A stretch of DNA of 64,000 nucleotides from Hypanus sabinus (taxonomy: Eukaryota). The position numbers and the translations under genes are program-made. The notes under the pieces were generated by a model. The model was not told the origin of the DNA. It saw nothing but the letters and a program-made list of their open reading frames with translations, and did not search any database. Positions 24,001 through 37,544 of this stretch are shown piece by piece. Location: NCBI RefSeq assembly GCF_030144855.1, contig NC_082731.1:20336001-20400000 (forward strand), written 5' to 3'. Within the stretch, counting starts at the first letter, position 1. The number at the start of each line of letters is the position of its first letter.

Positions 24001-25537
24001 CAGACAGATCCATAAATTCGATAGTATGGTAGAATGAGAAATATTGACGACGGAATCTGAAGACAGTTACGCTCAGTAGCAATGAGGAACAGAAGTAGAT
24101 TGGCCACTTTCAGCAGTTGCGGCCAGCGATCGCCTGTTAAATTCGGCCAGGATTTGCAACCAGGGAGAGGTCGTTTTAGTAATTGAAATGAAGACCACCC
24201 GAACCCCTTATTGTACATCGATGAGAGGGCCTGTGAGCCTTATGAATTTACTTTACTGCAGCCCCTGGAAAAAGAGTTTTAGCTACCAGATAATGGAGCG
24301 ATGGACAAGCAATTAACTTAGATCCAATCAGTCAGCAAAGGAAGAACCAACAGGCATACCCATGAAAGCTGCATTTCTAAAGACTGTTGTTCACTTTTCT
24401 AGACAAACTCTCTGCTTAGCATTTTCAAGGTACCAATTAGGTATGATAGGGTATATGTACAAACGCCTGCAGGAATTATGGGAAATTCCGACGGAGGGCA
24501 TTTTTGCTGCGCAGTTTGAGTAGATCTTCCTTAAGAATGGCCTTTCGTCCAGATAATTATATCTGCCCGTGGTGCCGGGAGCAGGAAATGGTCGAGAGAA
24601 TTTTAGATCAGGCACATGTGGCGATAAATGTAATTGACTTCTGCGACTCGCCTTCAGAATCGAATATGCATTTTGGATTATTTTAGAATGCAGCTCTGAA
24701 CAAATGGTTCCTCAACGCCGCAGACAATCGGACCAGACAATCCTGATTAAAATGCATTTTGATGTCTGTGGTATGGGTGCGAATCGTGAGGTGTGAGGTT
24801 TGTGTGTGCTTATAATGAAAGCATTGTGGGTGAATTGTAAATATCGGATTGTCCTTTGATGGTTAGTACATAATATATGAGGTAGCTTGGGCAACGAGTC
24901 TTTCAACAGAAAGGGACTTAATACAGTATATTGCTCGCTGTATCTTGTTTTTTTTTTCAAAAAAAAACTCACCCTGATTATACTATAATCGGCTGTCGTT
25001 TTCAGGTACGTCGTTTGCTCCACCCTCTCCTAAGGGACTCCTCTAGCTGCTCCCTCCCGTCTGCTTTCCGCGGGGATTGCTCTTTCTGCAATTGCTTTTC
25101 AACCGTAATCACCACTAATATTCAATTAAGCACTTACACTTGTAAGTGGCTGGATAATTACACCTGCCTCACTACCATTGAGTGCCGAATACGCGTTGCC
25201 TACTTCCTGCCTCAGTGGCATGTCCTCCGTTGGCCGGAGGGACGACATGCGGAGAAAATTGCATCTGAATTCAGATTCAGTTTATTGTCATTTATAAACC
25301 ACATATACAATGCAGTTAAAAATGGGACAACGTTCTCTGGAATGATATCACGAAGAAGAACAAAACAGACCACACAAGAAAGACCACATAACGTTTGTTA
25401 ATCCCCAATCCAGAGTCCTGAGAGGCGGAGGAGAGAGTAAAATCCAGGAAAAAGTGTGGGGAAATAATATGATGCAAAAGTTGAGGGAGAAAGAGTGCGA
25501 TTGGGAATGATGAAGTGAGAAAATGAATATATGAGGG

Positions 25538-25672
25538 NNNNNNNNNNNNNNNNNNNNNNNNNNNNNNNNNNNNNNNNNNNNNNNNNNNNNNNNNNNNNNN
25601 NNNNNNNNNNNNNNNNNNNNNNNNNNNNNNNNNNNNNNNNNNNNNNNNNNNNNNNNNNNNNNNNNNNNNNNN
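25538..25672. other. N run (gap or mask) over the unit-5 microsatellite
   Basis: 135 N. Confidence 0.99.
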
Positions 25673-26413
25673 GCAGTAAGTAGAGCGAGCGGTAGGGGAA
25701 TAGAGAAACTGGGAAGGGGAGAATTAGTGGTCGAAAACTGTAAGAAAGGCATGAGGTTCAGCCTTCGTAGCGTATTGTTTATCGCGAAGCTGTTTACAGT
25801 TCTGGGCATCGGATTTCGGTGTTCGATTCCTGCGCATCTAAAAAGAGCCGGATGACATCCCTTCGGAAAGTGCGGAAATTCTGCGGGATTTGCAGTCTCC
25901 GCCTACAGTCCAAAGATGTCATGTGTGTTAATGACTTATTTTAATTTGAGCAGCAATTAGGTTAGAGTCTTGGATCTCCAGAACGAATGAGAGGGGAGAA
26001 TATGGTAAGAAAAGTAGAGGCCTATCGATAAGCCTAAGTAGTTGTAAGGTAAGGACATGGTCAGCATAGCTTTGCGGGCCGCAGGCCTGTATTGTGCATT
26101 AGGTTCTAAGGTTTCTATGTTTCCAGTGAGTGAGATTGCTAATAAGAGAAAGGAGGAGAAACAAACCGAGTAAGAAATACGAGATAGAAAGAGGTACAAA
26201 GGCAAGCAGAAACAGCAAATAGAATTGAAACAAAATGTGATTGGTGTCCGGACCGGATTCATTTGGCGCTCACAGCCAATCAAAGCAACGGCAGGACCGC
26301 GCCCCCACACTTAGGCAAGCTCAAATATGCCGCAGGTCTGATTTTACTCTTAATTATCGGTCAAGTATATTAAGTGATTAGACTGCAAGTAAGTTGTCTT
26401 TAGATCGGAGAGC

Positions 26414-26846
26414 ATGAATTTCCTGTGTTCTGTGCTGATTCTATTGGCCATGATGCCCGGTGAGTCTTCGCGGTAACGGTCCGTATCTGTTCCTTATATC
26501 CGGCGAAAGCTCGATCTGTTCATGCATTCTGTCATTTTATTGCAGGAGCAATTGGGAAAGATTCCGTGACACAGCGGCCGACTGATATAACGATTGTGGA
26601 AGGACAAAATCTAACACTGAACTGTAATTACACTGGCGATGCTCAATATATTTTTTGGTACGTTCAGCATCGAGTGGTTTCTCCAAAATTCTTGATAAGG
26701 ATTTATAGCAACGGAAAGATAGAACGGCAAGCAGAATGTCCGGCGAGGTTTTCCGGTGGTATCGATAGAGGCAACAAAGCGGCACATTTGGAGATCTCTG
26801 GTGCTTTCGTGTCGGACTCCGCCGTGTATCTTTGTGCCATGAGTCC
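26414..26846 (+). CDS. TRAV/TRDV: TCR V segment V5 (chimeric), leader 26414-26459, V exon 26546-26846
   Basis: Leader and FR1 match V1-4; CDR1 onward matches V6 (AQYIFW..KFLIRIYSNGKIERQAECP); open frame; 23-RSS. Confidence 0.92.
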
Positions 26847-26885
26847 CACAGTGTTGTAAGGTGATGGGAGCGCCGGACAAAATCC
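26847..26885 (+). other. 23-RSS of V5
   Basis: cacagtg + 23 nt + acaaaatcc. Confidence 0.95.
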
Positions 26886-26907
26886 AAGGTCAGTGACCCG
26901 TGAGCGG

Positions 26908-26921
26908 TCGCTAGAGGGCGC
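26908..26921 (+). promoter_or_regulatory. CTCF core motif 22 bp 3' of V5 RSS (same motif at 33479 for V6)
   Basis: tcgctagagggcgc. Confidence 0.78.
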
Positions 26922-27097
26922 CCTTTGCTGGGAAAGTGGCAGATGCGCAGAAAAAAACACATTCACGTGATCGACTTTAGAATACGATCAGTATTCATAG
27001 AAGATATGCAGATTTGAGGAAATCTCCGTCACCTGAATGTGTACCAATTTGCACAAACTGAAAAGTTTTTCAATACTTCCCAAACACATTGGATATG

Positions 27098-29700
27098 CCA
27101 GTTGACACAGGGTAAATAGTATCGATAGCTGTTCTGGATTGCCAACTAATGGACAGGAAGTTTATATTACTGGAGCAGGAGGAATAACAGTGAAAGTAGA
27201 AAGAAGCGAATTGCGGATACTCGAAGTAGGCGAGGCGCCACTTTCAGTGTATTTCTGGATATCTCAAAATAATGTGTGTACTATTCTCGGAATAGACACT
27301 GAAAGGGAATCAAGGGCCATTATAGACGCAGGAAAGGGTGAAATCATATGCACAAGCCAGGGGCAGAATATGGACATTCCATACGACCCCATGCCATACT
27401 TCCGTACGACCAATTTGGTGCACAACGCAGCCACCGTAATCGCACTGACAGCTGTTCACACGTCTGTAACGGTAGTTAGGGACACTGGAATTAATCCCGC
27501 GAGTAGACTTCTAACAGAGAGGGATGCACACGGATGTCAAATAGGAATAGAGCAGGAAAATGATATGTGTGCAGTGGAAACACCTCTGGACGAAAAGCTG
27601 GAAATAGCTTTGTGGATGGGTGTCGGAGGCACATAAACTAGAACACATGTTCTGGGTGCACGTGGTGAAGGATGCAGGTGAAGAATGAGCTTCACCAGCA
27701 CTGCCAGGGCATTGCAAAGCTCAGGTGGCGGATCTGCTGGCCCCGACAGAAACAATCCGCCACAGTAAAGGCAGACAAGCTAATATCTATTCAGACAACC
27801 CGTATAACTTCGGAGCGGTTATTGGATGGCGTGGGGTCGATGATGATTTGTAAACACAACAAGTGCAGGTATTCATCACGGACACCCAATACAACAACTG
27901 CTGGAAGCACTGTCTGCCAGCTCAAGTGACAATTAAGTAATTAAAGTGGAATCTCAGCGGTAAGAGAAGAGTAAGGAGCAGAAAGTAATAACAAGAAATT
28001 GTAAGTGTGTAAGAAGAAAAGTCGGCAGCCAGTTGAATTTAAACAGACACCTCCGAGGATTCTCTTGGATAACATTCGAAAAGCAGGGGGAAAAGCTTAA
28101 GTCTCGTCACAATGAAGAACAGAAAACCTGCAGATGCTGGAAATCGAAGAAATACACACAAATTGCTGGAGGAATTGATCAGGCCAGGCAGCATCTCTGC
28201 AGTCATTTCGCTGCCTGGCCTCCTGTGTTTCCACGGCATTTTGTGTGTATTGTCTTGTAATTATGGATCACTTCAGCCGGCGTGTAGACGCTTTCCGAAC
28301 CAGAGACTACATCGCCAGCAGCGCTGCACAGTGTATAGTGAGGTAATCCTACAAAGGTGAAGAACTCTTCCAGATGGCTAATACAATGAAGTACATTTCA
28401 CAGGGAAAGTGATAAATGAAATGTGCCGACTGCGAGGGATTCGATAGCGGTTGCACATCCTCTACCACCAAGACGCGACCTTTAAGATTAGTGCGGCTTC
28501 AGGGTCCCGGACCTCGTACACTGTAGATCTGATGCAGCAAGAACGAGGGACCCGAGTTCTTTCGGCACAGAGGTCGGAGAAAGCGACGCCATAGACTGTG
28601 AACACAATAAACCAGCGAGATGTTTGTTATGTCTCTCTTCTCCCTGTGAAAAGGGAACAAATCTTTTCGCCTTATTAAGGAGAAAGAGATGGTGTGATAT
28701 TTCGAATATGGGTGAACGATGTGCCTTTGATGTAGTGCATATATCTGTCTTTCCTAATGCTTTGCTGCAGGCTTGAGTGCTCTTACCTGGTGCTGTCGCT
28801 TTTTACTGGTGGTTAAGGAGGGCTCGCTGCTTTAATGCTGCTTATACATGGCGGGGTGGGGGGGGAGTTGGGGAGGCCGATTTGCGCTTCTAATATCTGC
28901 CATTCATTCTTGGGGCACCCCACTGTTTTTCCGGATGTATTAGTAGGAATATTATTGCAGGATGTATTTTCTATACATTTTTCTGACATTAAATGTACTG
29001 TGGCGACCCACTTTCTGCTCAGTCGAACCGGCTGACAAATAGCCAGCGCGTGGGGGAGACTTTGGTAATGCACCTCTGACGTCATTTCCTCCTGGAGAGG
29101 GCGGGCCCTAGGGATTTAACTGCCAGCGCCGCGAAGTTTGAATAAACTGGTCTCGAAGCGATTTACCGACTGGGTGTTGTTATTTCAGCGCTGTGTGTAG
29201 CACATCGCCACAGTACCTACTTACCCTATCGAACCTACTGAACCCTCAGAGTTCAGGAAAGGTAGTGCACATAAACCAAAGAATACCTTTGCCAAAACTA
29301 TAGCTGAAGGGGAAAGACATGGGTTGATGTATTACCATTCACCCTGATGTGTTTGTGAGCAATCCAAACAGAGGAGTCATATTCCTTATTGGATAATTAA
29401 GGGTTGAGGTGAGACTGGGGTGTAGACGGATAGCCTGACACAGTATGTGAAAGAGCTTTGTATGCGATTTATCGTATTGAAGGATCGAGAAAAACAACGA
29501 CAGTACATTGATGATCAGAGAGATCCACTGGGAAAGGAGATAGTCATCCGAAGTCCCAGTGACGAGATCATGGTGAGGGTGTTGCTTGAAAGTGCATGCT
29601 CCCAGATGGATTGTACCACAGATGTTTCTTTTAAAAAGTGACTCGAGTTTGTGTGGAGACTTCACGAATCAGCCCGTGGGAACAATGGATTGAGATTATA
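27098..29700 (+). pseudogene. ERV pol relic behind V5
   Basis: VDTG (27101); ORF 27139-27636 with TILGID; NIYSD..; APRWI at ~29598. Confidence 0.65.
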
Positions 29701-31427
29701 CTGTAAGACCCACCTTCTGGTTGCCACCATAGACAATGAGGGGGACGGAGTGCAGCAAGAAACCGTTTAGTTATAGAGAATCCGATAGATAAACGCTCGC
29801 CAGCCACACCAGAACTGATCACAATGGACGAAACTGATATACAGCAAACGAGAAGGTAGAGGGCACCAACATTGTCAGAGAAACCTGTGAATATTATACT
29901 AAAGAGTGACAGTGAGCGTATTCTGTTCTGACCGCTGATTAGTGAAGGTATAAGATTAGTTCAATGGCAGGAAATAGAAAACATATTACAGAAAATGGCT
30001 CGGCAGAGATTTGTTAAAGTAGACATATCCGTCAATTCGATAGTATGGCAGAATGAGGAAGATTACCTACGGAATCGGAAGGCAGTTACGATCAGCCTGA
30101 ATGGGGACTAGAAGTGGGCTGGCCCCTTTCGTCAATTGCGGACAGCGAGCGACTGGATAGTTGGGGCAGGAGTGCAACCAGGGAGTGGCCGATGTGGTAA
30201 TTGAAATGGAGACCAGCCGAACCGCTCACTGTACATCGATACGATGGCCTGTGAGCCTGATGAATTTACGTTACTACTCCCCTGGAAAGAGAAGGTTTTA
30301 GTTATCAGAGAATGGAGGGATGAAGGAATTGACTAATCTTCAATCATTCAGCAAATGAATAGCCAGCAGGCATGCGCATGAGACTGCATTTCTAAAGTCT
30401 GTTGTTCACATTTCTGGTCAAACCTTCTGCTTAGTATTTTGAAGGTAACATATAGGTATGATAGGATAGATATACATGCGCCTGCAGGTGTTATGGTAAT
30501 TTCCGACGAAGGGCAATTTTGTTGCCGAATTTGAGTAGATGTTCCTTAAGATTGGCCTTTCGTGCTAGATAAGTAGTTTTGTGCGGGGTGCCAAGAGAAG
30601 GGGATATTCGGGAGAATTTTAGATCCAGCACATGTGGTCATTAATGCCACTGACTTTGGCTCCAGCCATCAGATTCGAACATGCGTTTTAGGTTATTCTA
30701 AAATGCATCTCTGAACAAATGGTCCCTTAACGCCGCAGATCACGGAGCAGGCAATGCTTATTAAAATGCATTTCCATGTCTGTGTTATGGGTACGTATCG
30801 TCAGGCTTGTGTGCGCTTCCAAAGAAAGCATTGTGGGTGCATTGTAAATGTGGAAGTGTCCTTTGATGGCTAGTACATAATATATGAGGTAGCGTGGTCA
30901 GCGAGACCTTTCAAAGGAAAGTATCTTCACACAGTTTATTGCCTCTTGTATCTTGTTTTTTCAAAAAGCTCACCCTGACTACACTGTAATCGGCTGTCGT
31001 TTTTAGGTGCCTCGTTTGCTCCACCCTCTCCTAAGGGACTGAAATACCTACTTCCTCCCGTCCGCTTTTCCCGGGGATTGTTCGTTCCGCGATTCGTTTT
31101 CATTCGTCCTCACCACTGATCTTCAACCTGGCACTGACTCTTGTAAGCGGGTTGACAGCTACACCTGCCTCATTACCATTGAGAGCCGAATACGTTTTTC
31201 TTAATTTTCTGCCTTTGTGGCGTGTCCTCCGTTTGCCAGAGGGAAGACACGAGGAGAGAAATGCGTCTGAATCCGGTTTGCGACTTGGCAGAGGAGAGAG
31301 TAAATACAGGGAAAAGTGTCGGGAACTCATATGGTGCGAAAATGGAGGAAGAAAGAGGGCGTTTGGGAATGATGGAGTGAGAAGGGTAATAAATGAAGAA
31401 GACGTAAGAGCACTGAAATTGTGTGTT

Positions 31428-31463
<36 letters not shown>

Positions 31464-32128
31464 TGATCGATAGAGCGGTAAGTAGAGCGAGAGGCAGGGG
31501 AAGGGGGAGTATTAGAGGTAGAAAAATGTAAGCAAGGAAGGAGGTCCAGCCACCCTGGCGTAGTGTTTATCTGGAAGCTGTTTGCAGTGCCGGGCATCGG
31601 ATTTCGGTGTTCGATTCCTGCCCATCTCTAAAGGGCCGGATGATCTCCCTTCGGAAAGTGCGGAATTCTGCGGGATCTCCAGTCTCCGTCACAGTCCAAC
31701 GATGTACTGATAAGTATGTTAATGACTTATTGTAATTCGAGCTGTGACTAGGTTAGGGTCTTGCATCTCTAGATGTGACTCTCGGTGCCCGATGGCAGTA
31801 TTCCGTGATCCACTGCTCAGTAAATATGTAAAACAAAAGTTGAAAGTGTGGGACTAAGAAAGTATAAGAGAGAGTGAGAGGACGACGGATTGAGCGAGAG
31901 AAAGGGAAAGGAAAAGACGGAACAACAGGGAAGCAAGGATATATCGGGGGCGGTGGTGCTTAAGAAACAATTGAGTATTACGAAATTATAGCCGGGACAT
32001 AAAAGTATGCGGCAGGAACGAGAGAAAGGATAGTAACGCTTGTGAACTGAAGGAACGATCGATGTAGGGACAAGGGAGGGAATGAAAATGGAAGTTTAGA
32101 AATGAATATGGTGTGAGACGTTCAAAGA

Positions 32129-32297
32129 NNNNNNNNNNNNNNNNNNNNNNNNNNNNNNNNNNNNNNNNNNNNNNNNNNNNNNNNNNNNNNNNNNNNNNNN
32201 NNNNNNNNNNNNNNNNNNNNNNNNNNNNNNNNNNNNNNNNNNNNNNNNNNNNNNNNNNNNNNNNNNNNNNNNNNNNNNNNNNNNNNNNNNNNNNNNN
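32129..32297. other. N run
   Basis: 169 N at a purine-rich/(AG)n site. Confidence 0.99.
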
Positions 32298-32984
32298 AAT
32301 ATTCACCAGAACAATTCCCTTTGTGAATTTACATTCCGAGAGGAATATAGAGAAAGACAGAGCATTGAGAAGAGACACACGGAATAAATTGCGGAGAGTC
32401 AGCGAGCCATATGGAGAACATGTCATAATGAATGAGAGATAGAACATTCGAGAGATAGATAGTCACATAGGTAGATCACGAAATAGTGGGCGTGTGTAAG
32501 AGAGAGAGAGAGAGATGTTCAGTAGAACAGATAGAAGGAATGAGGTGGAAGCATATAGTAAGAATATAGAGTTTAAAAGAATAGAGTGCTATAGATAAGC
32601 CTAGGTTATTTCTAAGGTATGGACATGCTCAGCATAGTTTTATGGGCCGAAGGGCATATATTGTGCTGTAGGTTTTCTATTTTTCAATGTTTCTAGTTTG
32701 TGAGATTGCAAATAAGAGAAAGGAGGAGAAACTTTGTGAGGAAGTAATAAGAGATAGAAAGTGGCTCAAATGCAAGCAGATACAGTGAAAAGAAGAGAAA
32801 CAAAATGTGATTGGTGTACGGACCGTCTTAATTCGGCGCTCACAGCCAATCATTGCATCGGTAAGGCTGCGCCCCCACATGGAATCAAGCTGAAATATGC
32901 CGCAGGACTGATTTAACACTTCATTATCGGTCCAGGATATTAACTTACCCCACTGCACGTAGGCTGTCTTTCGATCCGGACACT

Positions 32985-33417
32985 ATGAATTTCCTGTTCT
33001 CTCTGTTGATTATATTGGCTATGATGCCCGGTGAGTCTTCGCGGTAGCGGCTTGTATCTGTTCCTTATGTCCAGAGAAAGCTCGATCTGTTCATGACTTC
33101 TCTCATTTTATTGCAGGAGCAATTGGGAAAGATTCCGTGACGCAGTGGCAGACTGATTTAACGATTGAGGAAGAAGAAAATGTAACACTGAACTGTAGTT
33201 ACACTGGCGCTGCTCAATATATTTTTTGGTACGTTCAGCATCGAGTGGTTTCTCCAAAATTCTTGATAAGGATTTATAGCAACGGAAAGATAGAACGGCA
33301 AGCAGAATGTCCGGCGATGTTTTCCGGTGGTGTCGACAGAGGCAACAAAGCGGCACATTTGGAGATCTCTGGTGCTTTCATGTCGGACTCCGCCGTGTAT
33401 CTTTGTGCCATGAGTCC
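32985..33417 (+). CDS. TRAV/TRDV: TCR V segment V6, leader 32985-33030, V exon 33117-33417
   Basis: Leader MNFLFSLLIILAMMP; 86-nt intron; DSVTQWQ..NCSY..WY..YLCAMS; 23-RSS. Confidence 0.92.
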
Positions 33418-33456
33418 CACAGTGTTGTAAGGTGATGGCAGCGCCGGACAAAATCC
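33418..33456 (+). other. 23-RSS of V6
   Basis: cacagtg + 23 nt + acaaaatcc. Confidence 0.95.
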
Positions 33457-33668
33457 AAGGTCAGTGACCCGTGAGCGGTCGCTAGAGGGCGCCCTTTGCC
33501 GGGAAAGTGGCAGATGCGCAGAAAAAAACACGGTCACGTGAACGACTTAAGAATACGAATAGTATTCGCAGAAGATATGCAGATTTGAGGAAATCTCCGT
33601 CACCTGAATGTGTACCAATGTGCACAAACTGAAAAGTTTTTCAATATTTCCCAAACACATGGGATATG

Positions 33669-34410
33669 TTAGTCGACACGGGAGAAATAGAATCGATAGC
33701 TGTTCTGGATTTGCAACTAATGGACAGGAAATTTATATTACTGGTGCAGGAGGAATAACAGTGAAAGTAGAAAGAAGCGAATTGCGGATACTCGAAATAG
33801 GCGAGGCGCCACTTTCAGTGTATTTCTGGATATCTCAAAATAATGTGTGTACTATTCTCGGAATAGACACTGAAAGGGAAGCAAGGGACTTTATAGACGC
33901 AGGAAAGGGTGAAATAATATGCGCAAGCCAGGGGCAGCGAGCACGCACGACCAAATTGGTACACAACGCAGCCAGCGTAATCGCACTGACAGCTGTTCAC
34001 ACGTCTGTAGCGGTAGTTAGGGACCCTGGAATTAATCCCGCGAGTAGACTTCTAAAAGAGAGGGAGGCACACGGATGTCAAATAGGAATAGAGCAGGAAA
34101 ATGTTATGTGTGCAATGGAAACACCTCTGGACGGAAAGCAGGGAATAGCTTTGTGGATGGGTGTCGGAGGCACATAAACTAGAACTCACGGTCTGGGTGC
34201 ACTGTGGGGAAGGACGCAGGTGAAGAATGAGCTTCAGCAGCACAGCCAGGGGTCGCTAAGCTCAGGTGGCGGACCTGCTGGCCCCGACAGAAACGATACG
34301 CCACAGTAAAGGCAGACAAGCTAATATATATTGAGACAGCCCGTATACCTTCGGAGCGGTTATTGGATTGCGTGGGGTCGATGAGGATTTGTAAACACAA
34401 CAAGTGCAGC
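33669..34410 (+). pseudogene. ERV protease/RNase H relic behind V6 (integrase part deleted)
   Basis: LVDTG; TILGID in ORF 33608-34177; NIY*DSPYTFG at ~34323. Confidence 0.65.
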
Positions 34411-36394
34411 GAAACTGGTGAAAATGATACTAAAGTGTGACAGTGAACGTACTCTGTTCTGACCGCTGATTACAGAAGGTATATGATTAGTTTAATGGCA
34501 GGAAATAGAAAACATATTACAGAAAATGGCTCGCAGAGATTTAAGTTAAAGCAGACATATCCGTAAATTGATAGTATGGTAGAATGAGGAAGATAACCGA
34601 CGGAATCGGAAAGCAGGTTACGCTCAGCCTCAATGGGAAATAGTAGTGGACTGGCCCCTTTCTAGCAGTTGCAGCCAGCGATCGCCTGGGTAGTTGGGCA
34701 AGAGTGCAACCGGGGAGAGGTCGTTCCGGTAATTGAAATGAAGACCATCTGAACCTCTTATTGTACATCGTTGTCAGGGCCTGTGAGCCTGATGAATTTA
34801 TTTACTGCTCGCCCTGGAAAGAAAGAGTTTTAGCTATCAGAGAATGCAAGGATGAAGGGAATTGACTAATCTTTAATCGGTCAGCAAAAGAAGAGCCAAC
34901 AGGCATACGCATGAAGCTGCATTTCTAAAGTCTGTTGTTTCACATTTTCTGGTCAAACTCTCTGCTTAGTATTTTGAAGGTACCAATTAGGTATGATAGG
35001 ATAGTTGTACATGTGCCTGCACGGAATTATGGGAATTTCCGATTAAGGGTAATGTTGTTGCCGAATTTGTGTAGATCTTCCTTAAAGTTGGCCTTTCGTG
35101 CTAGATAAGTATTTTTGTGCGGGGAGCCAAGAGATTGGAATGTTCGGGAGAATTTTAGATCCAGCACATGTGGCAATTAATGCAACTGACTTTGGCCTCC
35201 AGCCATCAACGTCGAATATGCATCTTCGATTATTTTAAAATGCATCTCTGAACAACTGGCTCCTTAATGCCGCAGATTACGGAGCAGACAATGCTTATTA
35301 AATGCATTTCGATATCAGTGGTAAGGGTTCGAATCGTGAGGTGTGAGGCTTATGTGCGCTTCCAAAGAAAGCATTGTGGGTGCATTGTAAATGTGGAATT
35401 GTCCTTTTGATGGTTAGTACATAATATATGAGGTAGCGTGGGCAGCAAGATCTTTCAAACGAAAGTATCTTCATACAGTATAATGCCTCTTGTATCTTGT
35501 TTTTTTTCCAAAGCTCGCCTTGACTACACTGTAATCGGCTGTCGGTTTTGGTGCGTAGTTCTCTCCGCACTCTCCTAAGGGACTTCAATCCCCATCCCCT
35601 CACCGTCCGCTTTTCCGCGGGGATTGCTCTTTCCACGATTCCTTTTCATTAGTCCTCACCACTAATCTTCAACCAGGCATGTACTCTTGTAAGCGGCTTG
35701 ACAACGACACCTGCCAAACGACCATTGAGAGCCGAATACGTTTTCTTATTTTCTGCCTTAGTGGTGTGTCCTCCGTTTGCCGGAGGGAAGCCATGAGCAG
35801 AGAAATGGTCTGAATTCCGGTTTGCGACTTGGCAGAGGAGGGAGTGAAATCCCGGGAAAAGTGTCGGGAACTAATATGCTGCGAAAATGGAGTTCTCCCG
35901 ATTGGGAATGATGGAGTGAGAAAACGATAAATAAGGAGACGTAAGTGCACTGGAGTTGTGCGTGTGTGAGAGAGAGAGAAATGGTGATCGATAGAGCTGT
36001 AAGTAGAGCGAGGAGGCGGGGACGGCAGAGACACTGGGAAGGGGAGAATTAGTGGAAGAAGAATGAGAGAAAGGAATGAGGTCCAGCCACCGTAGCGTAG
36101 TGTTTATCGCGAAGCTGTTTACAGTTCTGGGCATCAGATTTCGGTGTTCGATTCCTGCCCATCTCTAAAAGGGCCGGATGATCTCCCTTCGGAAGTGCGG
36201 AAATTCAGCGGGATCTCCAGTCTCCAGTCTCCGCTCACAGTCCAACGATGTACTGTTAAGTATGTTAATGACTCGTTGTAATTCGAGCTGTGACTAGGAT
36301 AGGTTCTTGGATCTCTAGATGTGAATCTCGGTGCTCGATGGGAGTATTCCGTGATCCACTGCTCAGTAAAGATGTAAAACAAAAGTTGAAAGTG

Positions 36395-36560
36395 NNNNNN
36401 NNNNNNNNNNNNNNNNNNNNNNNNNNNNNNNNNNNNNNNNNNNNNNNNNNNNNNNNNNNNNNNNNNNNNNNNNNNNNNNNNNNNNNNNNNNNNNNNNNNN
36501 NNNNNNNNNNNNNNNNNNNNNNNNNNNNNNNNNNNNNNNNNNNNNNNNNNNNNNNNNNNN
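36395..36560. other. N run
   Basis: 166 N at a purine-rich site. Confidence 0.99.
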
Positions 36561-37544
36561 GAGAAAGGGAAAGGAAAAGACGGAACAACAGTGAAGCAAG
36601 GATATAACGGGGGAGGCGGTGCTTAAGAAAACAATTGAGTATTACGAAAATTAAAGCGGGTACATTAAAGTATGAGTCAGGAACGAGATAAAGGACAGTA
36701 ACGCTTGTGCAACTGAAGGAACGATCGATGTAGGGACACGGGAGGGGAATGAAAAAATGGAAGGTTAGAGATGAATGTGGTGTGAGACGTTCAGAGAGAG
36801 ATGGATAGAGTGAGAGAGACAGAGAGAGACAGAGAGAGAAAGATGATTAATAGGACTCAATGTTCACCAGAACAATTCCCGACGTTAATTTACATGCCGA
36901 GAGGGAATATAGAGAAAGACCAAGCATTGAGAAGAGGACACACGGAATAAATGCCGGAGAGTCAGGCGAGCCATATGGAGAACATGTCATAATGAATGAG
37001 GGATAGAAAGTTCAAGAGATAGATAGTCACATAGGTAGATAACGAAAGAGTGTGTTGTGTGTAAGAGAGGGAGACAGTTCAGTAGAACAGATAGAAGGAA
37101 TGAGAAGGAAGCATATGGTAAGAATATTTAGTTTAAAAAAATTGAGGTGCTATAGATAAGCCTAGGTGGTTCTAAGGTAATGGACATGCTCAGCATAGTT
37201 TTGAGGGCCGAATGGCCTGTATTGTGCTTAGGTTTTCTATTTTTCAATGTGTCTAGTTAGTGAGATTGCAAATAAGAGAAAGGAGGAGAAACTTTGAGAG
37301 GAAGTAAGAAGAGATAGAAAGAGGCTCAAATGCAAGCAGATGCACTGAAAAGAAGAGAAACAAAATGTGATTGGTGTCCGGACCGGAATCATTCGGCGCT
37401 CGCAGCCAATCAATGCATCGGTAAGGCTGCGCCCCCACATGCACACAAGCTGAAATATGCCGCAGAACTGATTTTACACTTCATTATCGGTCAAAGATAT
37501 TAACTTACCAGACTGCACGTAAGCTGTCTTTCGATCCGGACACC

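Larger units (their letters stand above)
1..26640 (+). repeat. Recent tandem segmental duplication, ~5.82 kb unit, ~4.6 copies
   Basis: The first bases (gattgcgagcaatcc) recur at 5818, 11640, 17467 and 23291 (periods 5817, 5822, 5827, 5824). The ORF track repeats almost verbatim. Identity to the unit ends within V5 at ~26640. Confidence 0.97.

Noticed and set aside
1-26640. CRISPR-like or satellite interpretation of the periodic ORF track
   Set aside because: The periodicity is a kilobase-scale gene duplication; no short repeat-spacer structure is present.
27139-27636. 165-aa ORF as a novel gene co-duplicated with the V genes
   Set aside because: It is the decayed retroviral protease region; it is broken differently in each unit.
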